DNA of 64,000 bases, taken from positions 260,876-324,875 of the forward strand of contig JAJDCB010000030.1 of the NCBI GenBank assembly GCA_029261065.1. The letters run 5' to 3'. The position numbers and the translations under genes were made by a program. Shown here in pieces: positions 47,036-55,490 of this stretch. Position 1 is the stretch's first letter; each line of letters starts with the position of its first letter. The notes under the pieces were generated by a model. That model did not search any database and had not been told where the DNA came from. It saw only the letters and a list, made by a program, of their open reading frames with translations. This DNA is from Candidatus Omnitrophota bacterium (lineage in GTDB: Bacteria; Omnitrophota; Gorgyraeia; Zapsychrales; Zapsychraceae).

Positions 47036-48322
47036 ATGCAAGACTATAAAGCCCAAGGTGGTTTAGAAGGGCTTAAGAAGGCGCGGACGATGACGCCGGA
47101 AGAGCTTATTGCTGTCGTTAAAGATGCAAATCTTCGCGGTCGTGGAGGAGCGGGATTTCCAACGGCGATCAAGTGGGATACGGTTTCAAAAATGCCGGAT
47201 CCTAAAAAATATGTTGTCTGCAATATGGCAGAGGGGGAGCCTGGGACTTATAAAGATCGTTATCTTGTTAGTAAAAATCCTTATTTAGTTTTTGAAGGTA
47301 TGCTTATTGCGGCTCATGTGATTGGCGCTAAACAGGCAATCCTTGGAACCAAGAAAAAATTTAAAGATATTGTGCTTCGTTTACAAAAGGCATTAGATGA
47401 ATTTGAAGATGAAGGTATTGTTGAGCGTGGATTTTTAAAGATTGTTTTAGGACCTGATGAATATTTATTTGGAGAAGAGAAAGCTTTGTTGGAGGTGATT
47501 GATGGGCGTGCGCCCATGCCTCGTTTTTTCCCACCTTTTATGGTTGGTGTTGGTGTTGGGCCAACCGAAACAAATCCGACAGTTGTCAACAACGCAGAAT
47601 CGATGAGTCATTTGCCCAGTATCGTATCGAATGGAGCTGATTGGTTTCGATCTATGGGAACGGAGGATACGCCTGGTACCGTTATTTTGTCTATTTCAGG
47701 TGATGTGAAAAATCCTGGTATGTATGAAGTAGAGCCTGGTCTAACGGTTAACCAGATGCTCAATGATTTAGCTGGAGGTCCGATAGGTGATCTTCCCTTT
47801 AAAGCTGTTTTTTCTGGAGTAGCCAATCGCGTTTTAACACCCGATCAATTTGATTTAAAAGTCGACTTTGGAACTTTAAGGGCCGCTGGAGTAGGTTTAG
47901 GGTCTGGTGGTTTTATTGTTTATGATCAAAGCCGCAGCATGGTTGATGTCTTATGGATGTTTGATAGATTTCTCGCCGTATCGTCTTGTGGTCAGTGTGT
48001 TCCATGCAATATGGGTACGCGCGTCATCACAGATCATATTGAAAAATTAAGGGATGGACGAGGGTGTGAAGATGATATTGAAGCGATTTTAGCGGAATGT
48101 GGTCGCTGCACCAATCAAACAAGATGTTTCCTACCTACCCAAGCCTCAATATTAAGCCGCAGTGTCATCGAGAAATTTAGAGCAGAATTTGAATATTGTG
48201 CCAAAAATCAAAATTATGAAAAAAGTGATTTGATTCTTCCTAAATTACAACATTTTGACGATGATTCGGGTGAGTTTGTCTATGAGAGTGATCCAATTGA
48301 ATTTCGTGTAGAAATCGTTTAA
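47036..48322 (+). CDS. NuoF/HoxF-like NADH-binding FMN and [4Fe-4S] flavoprotein, orphan
   Basis: 'LRGRGGAGFPTAIKWD' (NADH/FMN region), 'GPDEYLFGEEKALLEVIDG', and the 4Fe-4S motif 'SCGQCVPCNMG'. Track start 46970 is probably an extension; ATG 47036 ('MQDYKAQGG') fits the NuoF N-terminus. Confidence 0.7.
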   Translation: MQDYKAQGGLEGLKKARTMTPEELIAVVKDANLRGRGGAGFPTAIKWDTVSKMPDPKKYVVCNMAEGEPGTYKDRYLVSKNPYLVFEGMLIAAHVIGAKQAILGTKKKFKDIVLRLQKALDEFEDEGIVERGFLKIVLGPDEYLFGEEKALLEVIDGRAPMPRFFPPFMVGVGVGPTETNPTVVNNAESMSHLPSIVSNGADWFRSMGTEDTPGTVILSISGDVKNPGMYEVEPGLTVNQMLNDLAGGPIGDLPFKAVFSGVANRVLTPDQFDLKVDFGTLRAAGVGLGSGGFIVYDQSRSMVDVLWMFDRFLAVSSCGQCVPCNMGTRVITDHIEKLRDGRGCEDDIEAILAECGRCTNQTRCFLPTQASILSRSVIEKFRAEFEYCAKNQNYEKSDLILPKLQHFDDDSGEFVYESDPIEFRVEIV

Positions 48323-48333
48323 GATAACAACAG

Positions 48334-48846
48334 ATGTCTTTAAAAACTACCATATGTATTGTTTTATCTCTTTTCCTAATCAGCGGATGCTTCTGGAGAG
48401 ATCCCAGTCGATATTATAATAAAGTCGATAAATATTCGATTAAATTTCCAGCTGGTTGGAAAAAGATTAATGAAACGGATGATATTGTTTCATTTGCACC
48501 ATCGGATTTATCGACGAATATTATCCGTAATCAAGCAGATATATCAGTCACTGTTGAGCCTACCTTAGATAAAATCACTCTTAAAGAAGCTTTTTTTAAT
48601 GCCATTAAATATGAAGAAACAGAGCATGGGGCCGAACTTGTTGATCATGGACACATTTTTATGTCTGGGCAAGATGGCCGGTGGTTTGTTTCAAGGCGAG
48701 AAAGCGGTATATTAGCTAAAGTCTATATCACGGTAAGAGACTCTGAGAAGATATATATCATTTTTTGCTCGGTCGATCAGTATGAATATAAAGGGTTTTC
48801 AGAAATATTTGAAGATACTGCCTACAGCTTCGAATTCCTCAAATAA
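48334..48846 (+). CDS. Hypothetical lipoprotein
   Basis: Lipobox 'LFLISGC'. No recognisable domain. Confidence 0.55.
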   Translation: MSLKTTICIVLSLFLISGCFWRDPSRYYNKVDKYSIKFPAGWKKINETDDIVSFAPSDLSTNIIRNQADISVTVEPTLDKITLKEAFFNAIKYEETEHGAELVDHGHIFMSGQDGRWFVSRRESGILAKVYITVRDSEKIYIIFCSVDQYEYKGFSEIFEDTAYSFEFLK

Positions 48847-48964
48847 TCATCACCTCATTTTTGTACGAATAAAACGTGTTATCGTAGTGTTACACTAATA
48901 GAAGGGTGTGGTTTATAGCTTCTATAAATAGCTAAATACGTAAGATAGTGTCAGGGGAAGATGC

Positions 48965-49498
48965 ATGAAATATGAAGGGGAAAAAAGGCTGGATCAAAAA
49001 GAGTTTGAAGAGCTTTTAATGGCAAACATGGGCTCTATGTACAACCTTGCTCAAAGGATGACGGGTAACCGTGACGATTCTTATGATTTGGTTCAAGAGG
49101 CATCATTAAGGGCTTTTCGCAATTTTGATAAATTTGAAAAGGGAACAAATTTTAAGGCATGGGTCCTAACAGTTTTGAGAAATATTTATATTAATCAATA
49201 TCGGAAAAAGGTAAAAGAGCCTTATAAAGTTAATTATGACGATTTCTCAGATTATGTGGGCGTTCCTGCCACCACAGGTCTTCAAGAGGAGATTTTTGGC
49301 GAGTCCTTGCAAAATTGTATTGATCAGTTGTCAGAAGATTTAAAATCTGTAATTACATTATTTTATGTGGATGGCCTTTCCTATAAAGAGATTGCAAAGG
49401 TAATGGACTGTCCTATAGGGACCGTTATGTCGAGGTTGTATATGGCCCGACATTTATTAAAAAAACGTTTAACGGAAGTGATGAAACATGAAGTCTAA
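48965..49498 (+). CDS. ECF-subfamily RNA polymerase sigma-70 factor
   Basis: Region 2 ('DLVQEASLRAFRNF', 'FKAWVLTVLRNIYINQYRK') and region 4 HTH ('LSYKEIAKVMDCPIGTVMSRLYMAR'). Confidence 0.85.
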   Translation: MKYEGEKRLDQKEFEELLMANMGSMYNLAQRMTGNRDDSYDLVQEASLRAFRNFDKFEKGTNFKAWVLTVLRNIYINQYRKKVKEPYKVNYDDFSDYVGVPATTGLQEEIFGESLQNCIDQLSEDLKSVITLFYVDGLSYKEIAKVMDCPIGTVMSRLYMARHLLKKRLTEVMKHEV

Positions 49499-50273
49499 AA
49501 TGACATGCCAAGATTTTAAAGATAATCTTTATAAGTTTTTAGATAAAGAGTTAACGGAGCGCCATAATTTCGATATGAAGCAACACTTGGATGCCTGCCC
49601 TTTATGTCAATTAACATATGAAAATGAAAAGAATTTTGATGGATTGGTGCGCTCGCATAGTGTTAAAGAGGATGCTCCTTTTGATTTAAGAGAAAGTGTT
49701 TTAGAAAGTATCCAGTCACAATCTAAAGTGTCCTTTTGGGAGAAATTAGGTTGGGTAAATACTTTTTTAAAACCTGTTGGTGTCGCTTTATTAGTTGTTA
49801 TCATCTCGATCACAGTTCTTTCAACGCGAACAGAATCGTTTCCATTGTTTAAAGAGTCAGTTACCAGACATCTCGATTGTCTAAAAGGTTCCTATCCTAT
49901 GGAGATTAAGACAAGCGATATAGAGGAGGTGACACGTTGGTTTGAAGGTAAATTGAATTTTGTCGTCAATGTGCCTGAGTTAGTGGGAAAAAATGTGGAA
50001 CTAAAAGGGGCAAGGTTGTGTCATCTGAAAGATAAGAAGGTTGCGCTATTAACCTATCACGTAAAGGGCAAACGTATGACGGTGTTTGTCATTGATTCGC
50101 ATAATCTAAAAATACCCTCATCAAAAGTTATCAAGGGTGAAGGTAGTAAGCTTTATGTAAATAAAGAAAAAGGATATTTAAGCGCGTTCTGTCTCAACAA
50201 GAAAACAGAAGGTGTCGGTTGTGTCTTCGTTTCAGATATGTCAGAGGAAGAGCTGCTTGGGCTTATTGGTTAA
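49488..50273 (+). CDS. Anti-sigma factor, ZAS type (HxxxCxxC), single TM, periplasmic C-terminal domain
   Basis: 'HLDACPLCQ' zinc-binding anti-sigma motif, central TM 'VGVALLVVIISITVL'. Overlaps the sigma-factor gene by 11 nt. Confidence 0.7.
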   Translation: MKSKMTCQDFKDNLYKFLDKELTERHNFDMKQHLDACPLCQLTYENEKNFDGLVRSHSVKEDAPFDLRESVLESIQSQSKVSFWEKLGWVNTFLKPVGVALLVVIISITVLSTRTESFPLFKESVTRHLDCLKGSYPMEIKTSDIEEVTRWFEGKLNFVVNVPELVGKNVELKGARLCHLKDKKVALLTYHVKGKRMTVFVIDSHNLKIPSSKVIKGEGSKLYVNKEKGYLSAFCLNKKTEGVGCVFVSDMSEEELLGLIG

Positions 50274-51215
50274 ATGGTTATGAATATTAAAAAAACAGGA
50301 ACTATAGTTATTGCTACGTTTTTGTTTGTGAGTTCTTTTCAAGCCTCTAAGGGAAGTTGTTCTGATTTTGATTTCTCTAATGCTCAAGTGGATCAAAATG
50401 CATTTAAGTCTGGTGGCCCACCTAAAGATGGTATTCCTGCCTTAACGAATCCAGAGTTTATTAAACAAAGTGAAGCTAAATTTTTAGATGATGATGAAAG
50501 GGTTGTTGGCGTTGTGATCAATGGAATTGCGCGAGCTTACCCTTTATCCATTTTAAATTGGCATGAAATTGTTAATGATGTCATTGATGAAACTCCTGTT
50601 GCTATAACGTGGTGTCCTTTAACAAAAAGTGCCGTGGTCTTTGATCGCAATGTGAATGGACAAACATTGGAGTTTGGTGTCTCAGGGTTGTTGTATAACA
50701 GCAATGTTGTTATGTATGATCGCAATTACGATGGGTTGTGGTCCCAAATGAAGATGGGAGGGTTAACAGGGAAAGGGGCTACAGCAGAATTAAAAAACTT
50801 ACCTTCACAAGTAACGACGTGGAAGCAATGGCGGCAAGAATATCCTAACAGTCTTGTTTTATCAAGAAAAACAGGGCATAGGAGAGACTATCAATCGAAT
50901 CCTTATGAAGGATATCACAATACCTCTCAAGTCATGTTTCCTTTACCGGATATTGATGATAGGGTCCCTCCTAAGAGTCTTGTTGTTGGAATACGATTAA
51001 AAGATAAGGCCAAGGCATATCCTTTAGATATGTTACAAAGGATAACGCAGCCCATTAATGATCAGGTGGCCGGTGTTGACATCACCATATTTCCCGCTTT
51101 AGATGAAAGTGTTATTGTTCAAGATACTCATGGAAATCGTTTAGCTTCTGTTGTAGCCTATTGGTTTGCATGGAGTGGTTTTAATCAAGATTCGTTATTG
51201 TATAAGGAGAAATAA
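50274..51215 (+). CDS. Secreted DUF3179-like protein
   Basis: Signal peptide, 'GGPPKDGIPALTNPEF' motif. Starts immediately after the anti-sigma stop. Confidence 0.4.
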   Translation: MVMNIKKTGTIVIATFLFVSSFQASKGSCSDFDFSNAQVDQNAFKSGGPPKDGIPALTNPEFIKQSEAKFLDDDERVVGVVINGIARAYPLSILNWHEIVNDVIDETPVAITWCPLTKSAVVFDRNVNGQTLEFGVSGLLYNSNVVMYDRNYDGLWSQMKMGGLTGKGATAELKNLPSQVTTWKQWRQEYPNSLVLSRKTGHRRDYQSNPYEGYHNTSQVMFPLPDIDDRVPPKSLVVGIRLKDKAKAYPLDMLQRITQPINDQVAGVDITIFPALDESVIVQDTHGNRLASVVAYWFAWSGFNQDSLLYKEK

Positions 51216-51219
51216 TTTA

Positions 51220-51891
51220 ATGCAGCTATCAGGAAATGCCTTTGATTATGTTATCGCTTTTTGGAGCGGTGTTTTGGTTAGTTTTACTCCTTGTGTTTAT
51301 CCAGTGATGCCTATTACGGCAAGCTTTATTGCGGGAGTTAACACCAAGGGAACAAAATTGATGGGGTTTGTTATTTCATTGATTTATGTTTTTGGTATTG
51401 CCCTGACTTATTGTGCTTTGGCAGTTTTTGCGGCTTTAACAGGAAAGATTTTTGGCCAAATTCAAAATTCACCTCTTGTTTTTTCTATCGTTGCTATTTT
51501 CTTATTCTTTTTTTCATTAGTTATGTTTGATATTATTCAATTACCTTCCCTTGGCATTTCGTTTCACGACAAAATTAAGAAGAAAAATATTTGGAGTGTC
51601 ATTTTATTTGGCATGGCCTCTGGTTTAGTTGTTGGCCCATGCACGGCACCTATTTTAGGAACATTATTGGTTTATGTAGGAGCTAAACAAAATGTTTTAC
51701 ATGGAGCTAGTTTATTGTTTGCTTTTTCATATGGCGTAGGGGCGTCATTGATTTTGGTTGGAACATTTAGTGGGATGCTCAGCAATATGCCTAAATCAGG
51801 CACGTGGTTAATAAGAATTAAGCAATTATGTGGATTGATTCTTATGGGAGCATCTTTCTATTATGTGGGAAAAGCCTTTGGATTAATTTAA
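51220..51891 (+). CDS. ccdA: CcdA/DsbD-type thiol-disulfide transporter (cytochrome c biogenesis transmembrane region)
   Basis: RBS 'aaggaga' then ATG 51220. Conserved Cys-containing TM helices ('FTPCVYPVMPI', 'GPCTAPILG'). Confidence 0.7.
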   Translation: MQLSGNAFDYVIAFWSGVLVSFTPCVYPVMPITASFIAGVNTKGTKLMGFVISLIYVFGIALTYCALAVFAALTGKIFGQIQNSPLVFSIVAIFLFFFSLVMFDIIQLPSLGISFHDKIKKKNIWSVILFGMASGLVVGPCTAPILGTLLVYVGAKQNVLHGASLLFAFSYGVGASLILVGTFSGMLSNMPKSGTWLIRIKQLCGLILMGASFYYVGKAFGLI

Positions 51892-51924
51892 TATTAAATA
51901 TATATACAGAAAGGAATTCTTAAA

Positions 51925-52305
51925 ATGAAAAAATTATTAACGATGATGCTAAGTATTTGTTTACTCTTGGCCGTTAGTAGCACAATGGCGGGGGCTGAGT
52001 ATGATAAAGGCAGTCATAAAGAGATGCCTAAAAATGTAACTATAGGTGGACCTGCGTTGGGAGGGATGTGCCCTGTGTGTGTTTATAAAGGCAAAGCCAC
52101 CATGGGTAATCATCACTTTGTGACAAAGTATAAGGGTGATGTTTATTTTTTTAAAGGAATTGATCAACAAAAGGCTTTTGTTAATGATCCGGAGAAGTAT
52201 TTAGCGGATATTCAAACTAAATATGATGCTCTTACGTCTAAAGGGAGTGCTAAGAAAGAAGAGATGAAAGGAAGCGAATCGCATCAAAAGAAGGGAAGTT
52301 ACTAA
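51925..52305 (+). CDS. Secreted small protein with YHS/TRASH-like Cys-Pro-x-Cys motif
   Basis: Signal peptide. 'GGMCPVCVYKGKATMGNHHFVTKYKGDVYFFKG' resembles the YHS metal-binding domain. Confidence 0.45.
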   Translation: MKKLLTMMLSICLLLAVSSTMAGAEYDKGSHKEMPKNVTIGGPALGGMCPVCVYKGKATMGNHHFVTKYKGDVYFFKGIDQQKAFVNDPEKYLADIQTKYDALTSKGSAKKEEMKGSESHQKKGSY

Positions 52306-52330
52306 TTAAGAGATTATTGAAGAATAAAAA

Positions 52331-52364
52331 AAAAGAGGTTAGCTTTTGCTAACCTCTTTTTTTT
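52331..52364 (+). terminator. Rho-independent terminator (bidirectional-looking)
   Basis: 'aaaaagaggttagc-tttt-gctaacctcttttttttt': perfect 10-bp stem flanked by an A-run upstream and a T-run downstream. Confidence 0.75.
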
Positions 52365-52410
52365 GTTGTATGATGACTTTATTGGAGGAAGGGCAGTGGC
52401 AAAAGAAAAA

Positions 52411-52818
52411 ATGTTTTTTTCAGAAATTCAGGATACGCAACCTTATTTGTCAATTATGATGATAAGGGTGTTTTTGGGATGGATTTTCTTTAAGGCTGGA
52501 ACGGGAAAGGTTTTTGGCTGGTTTAGCTCAGGAGGCGTTGAGTCGACAGTAAAACTTTTTCAGGATTTTGGTATTCCTTTTGCGCGATTTAATACATTCT
52601 TTGTTGGTTGGCTTGAATATGTTTGCGGTGCGTTGCTCATAATGGGGCTTTTTACAAGAGCTGCTGTTATCCCTCTCTCTGTGACCATGTTTGTCGCTAT
52701 CGCTAAGGTTCATCGGGAAGTAGGTTATTATTATCCTTCCCTCATTCTCCTTTCTTTGTTCATATTATTACAATTTGGGGGAGGCCGTTATTCTTTAGAT
52801 CATATGTGGAAAAGATAA
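52411..52818 (+). CDS. DoxX-family membrane protein
   Basis: 'FLGWIFFKAGTGKV' DoxX signature, 4 TM. Track start 52363 overlaps the terminator; likely start is ATG 52411 (or GTG 52396 after GGAGG). Confidence 0.65.
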   Translation: MFFSEIQDTQPYLSIMMIRVFLGWIFFKAGTGKVFGWFSSGGVESTVKLFQDFGIPFARFNTFFVGWLEYVCGALLIMGLFTRAAVIPLSVTMFVAIAKVHREVGYYYPSLILLSLFILLQFGGGRYSLDHMWKR

Positions 52819-52857
52819 TAATTTGGAAGTTATTTAGTATAGATACTAAATAAAAAT

Positions 52858-52884
52858 GGATGAGATGAATACTCATCCTTTTTT
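52858..52884 (+). terminator. Rho-independent terminator after doxX
   Basis: 'ggatgag-atgaata-ctcatcc' followed by 'ttttttattt'. Confidence 0.6.
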
Positions 52885-52932
52885 ATTTGTTTAAATGAGT
52901 AAGCCCATTTTTCTTGGAGATGATTACATCTC

Positions 52933-52961
52933 TGGACAAGTTGAGAAACAATGAGTATAAT
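52933..52961 (+). promoter_or_regulatory. Sigma-70-type promoter for yceI (TGGACA-N17-TATAAT)
   Basis: -35 'tggaca' at 52933..52938, 17-nt spacer, -10 'tataat' at 52956..52961. AAGGAGG RBS at 53012..53018. Confidence 0.45.
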
Positions 52962-53025
52962 AGGCTAAATTTGATCTTAATTTATGTTAAGAAAAATTTA
53001 GTGGTTTTAACCCTAAGGAGGAGTT

Positions 53026-53622
53026 ATGGTTACAGAATTTAAGAAGGTTTGTATTTTGTTGATATTTGCTTTATTTGCAGTTAGTTCATCCGTCTTGGCG
53101 GCTGACACATACGAAATCGATGCTGGTCATTCTACGATCGGTTTTGCCGTTAAACATCTTGCCGTGGGAACAACGCGGGGGTCTTTTACAGACTATGCGG
53201 GTGTTTTTAATTTTGATCCTAATGATTATTCTACCTTTGAAGTGGATGTTACGATTCAAACAAAAAGTATTAATACAAATCTAGAAGCCCGTGATACTCA
53301 TTTGCGTAGTGGTGATTTTCTAGATGCTGAAAATAATCCTACCATTTCTTTTAAAAGTACAAGATTAGAAAAAAGAGGTGAGGGGCAAGTTATTGTTGGT
53401 GATTTAACAATCCGTGGTGTAACAAAACAAGTGACGGTTCCTGTCACTTTAGCAGGTCCTGTAAAAAGTCCTTTTGGAGCTACTGTTATTGGTATTGCAG
53501 GAGATTTGAGGATTAATCGCCAAGATTATGGTGTTGCGTGGAGCAAAAATCTTGATAATGGTGGATTAGTTGTTGATGATTTTGTTGATTTGATTGTTGA
53601 GCTTGAAGCACAAAAAAAATAA
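53026..53622 (+). CDS. yceI: YceI-family periplasmic (polyisoprenoid-binding) protein
   Basis: Signal peptide, 'YEIDAGHSTIGFAVKHLAVGTTRGSF', 'GDLTIRGVTKQVTVPV' YceI blocks. Confidence 0.8.
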   Translation: MVTEFKKVCILLIFALFAVSSSVLAADTYEIDAGHSTIGFAVKHLAVGTTRGSFTDYAGVFNFDPNDYSTFEVDVTIQTKSINTNLEARDTHLRSGDFLDAENNPTISFKSTRLEKRGEGQVIVGDLTIRGVTKQVTVPVTLAGPVKSPFGATVIGIAGDLRINRQDYGVAWSKNLDNGGLVVDDFVDLIVELEAQKK

Positions 53623-53629
53623 TAACCAA

Positions 53630-53655
53630 GTAACCCCGCCAAAAGGCGGGGTTAC
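53630..53655 (+). terminator. Stem-loop (probable terminator or attenuator) after yceI
   Basis: Perfect 11-bp GC-rich stem 'gtaaccccgcc-aaaa-ggcggggttac'; weak downstream T-run. Confidence 0.5.
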
Positions 53656-53672
53656 TTGTAACTTTTACAAAC

Positions 53673-54866
53673 ATGGATCCTCACCTTACAACCTCACTAG
53701 TCGAACTTCTTCTTATAGCATGCACCGTTGCCATTTTTACTTCTTGGCTCAAACAACCCTACACGATTGCCTTAGTTTTAGTCGGGCTTGTGGTTGCTGT
53801 CTTAAAATTAACACCCGCCATTCATATTTCACATGATGTTACTTTTACTTTAATATTACCCCCTTTGTTGTTTCAAGGGGCGATGCATATGGATTTAGAG
53901 CGATTGCGGAATAATTGGAAAGCCATTGCGATGTTGGCTATTCCAGGTGTTGTTTGTTCGACTTTTCTTATAGGTTTTTTGATACATAGTTTTTTAGGTA
54001 TCGAATTTATCTACGCTTTGTTATTTGGCGCATTGATCACACCCACTGACCCTATCTCCGTTCTTTCAATACTTAAAAAAGTAGGGGCGCCTGAAAGGTT
54101 AAGGGCGATATTAGAGGGGGAAAGTCTCTTTAATGATGGGACGGGTGTTGTTGTGTTTTCTATTATTCTTGCGATGACAACGGGTGTTCATGATTTTAAT
54201 GCCACAGATGCTATTATGAAATTTTTTATGGTCGCTGGAGGTGGTACGTTAGTAGGATTAGCTGTAGGTTTCATAGGTTTTAAAATCTTACAAAAACTTA
54301 ACGATCATCTCTTGGAAGTCGCTTTAACCGTTGTTATGACTTTTGGAACACCGCTTCTTGCCGAACATTTTCATATGTCTGGAATCATCGCTGTTGTTGT
54401 TGCTGGTCTCATTATTGGTAATTATGGGAAAATTTATTCAATGTCTGAAAAGACAAGGGAGACTTTAGAAACATTTTGGGAGGTTATTGATTTTGTAATT
54501 AATTCCCTTTTATTTTTAGTCATTGGTATTGAATTACAGGTTGTTGAACAAAGCGATTTGTTGCGGTTGTGGTTGCCTATTATAACAACCCTTGGGATTT
54601 TGTTGTTTTCAAGAGCGGTTGTTGTTTATCCTGTTGTTTGGATTAAAAATAAAATAAGTGATCGACCTATTCCTCCTGGGTGGTCGCATGTTCTTTTTTG
54701 GGGAGGGTTAAAGGGGTCTTTATCTATTGCTCTTGTTGTTGGTTTGCCTTCCGACTTTCTTTATCGTGACTTTTTTCTTGCTGTAGCCTTTTCCATAGTG
54801 TTATTTAGCCTTGTCATACAAGGGCTTACAATGAAACCCTTGTTGCGTAAACTTGGTCTAACCTAA
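53673..54866 (+). CDS. Na+/H+ (cation:proton) antiporter, CPA1 family, transporter domain only
   Basis: ~12 TM with a conserved 'TDP' region ('ITPTDPISVLSIL'); 397 aa, no RCK domain. Confidence 0.7.
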   Translation: MDPHLTTSLVELLLIACTVAIFTSWLKQPYTIALVLVGLVVAVLKLTPAIHISHDVTFTLILPPLLFQGAMHMDLERLRNNWKAIAMLAIPGVVCSTFLIGFLIHSFLGIEFIYALLFGALITPTDPISVLSILKKVGAPERLRAILEGESLFNDGTGVVVFSIILAMTTGVHDFNATDAIMKFFMVAGGGTLVGLAVGFIGFKILQKLNDHLLEVALTVVMTFGTPLLAEHFHMSGIIAVVVAGLIIGNYGKIYSMSEKTRETLETFWEVIDFVINSLLFLVIGIELQVVEQSDLLRLWLPIITTLGILLFSRAVVVYPVVWIKNKISDRPIPPGWSHVLFWGGLKGSLSIALVVGLPSDFLYRDFFLAVAFSIVLFSLVIQGLTMKPLLRKLGLT

Positions 54867-54872
54867 TAATCA

Positions 54873-55481
54873 ATGAAATTCATAGTTTCCAGAATTGTAT
54901 GGTGCGTGTTTATCCTTTTGATAAATCAGACGCAAAGTGTATCTTATGCGGGTGATATCGGGAAAAAATATGTTATTGATCAAGAGGAATCATATATTGA
55001 ATGCCGTATTAAGTATTCTCTTATTGGGATGTATAAATCAAATTTTAAAGATTTTTCTGGTTACATGTTATTTCATCCACGAGAGATAGAGAAAAGTAAA
55101 GTTGTGTTGAATATTGAGACAGCTAGTTTAAAATCAAAATATTCTCGATTGGATAAAGTGGTTTTATCAAAAAGACTTCTAGAAGCTGAAAAATATCCTC
55201 AATTAACTTTCGAAAGTAAATCTTTTAAAAGAGAAGAAGATTATTTTCTTGTTGCGGGATTAATCAATATCCATGGGATTGAGCGCGAGCTTGAATTTCC
55301 TTTTGCTTTAAAAAAGTTTAGATACAAAAATAAAGAAGGAGAATTTCTCGTGGCACGAGGGCGATGGAAAATTCATCGTAAGGATTTTGAAATTCTTTGG
55401 AGTGAAGTGTGGGATAAGGGAGGGATTGTTGTTGGAAATACCGTCACGATCGATTGGTTGATGAAAGCAAAGTTGCTTTGA
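54873..55481 (+). CDS. Divergent YceI-like protein
   Basis: Signal peptide; YceI-like C-terminal blocks ('AGLINIHGIERELEFPF', 'KIHRKDFEILWSEVWDKGGIVVGNTVTI'). Confidence 0.55.
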   Translation: MKFIVSRIVWCVFILLINQTQSVSYAGDIGKKYVIDQEESYIECRIKYSLIGMYKSNFKDFSGYMLFHPREIEKSKVVLNIETASLKSKYSRLDKVVLSKRLLEAEKYPQLTFESKSFKREEDYFLVAGLINIHGIERELEFPFALKKFRYKNKEGEFLVARGRWKIHRKDFEILWSEVWDKGGIVVGNTVTIDWLMKAKLL

Positions 55482-55490
55482 TGAGGAAAT

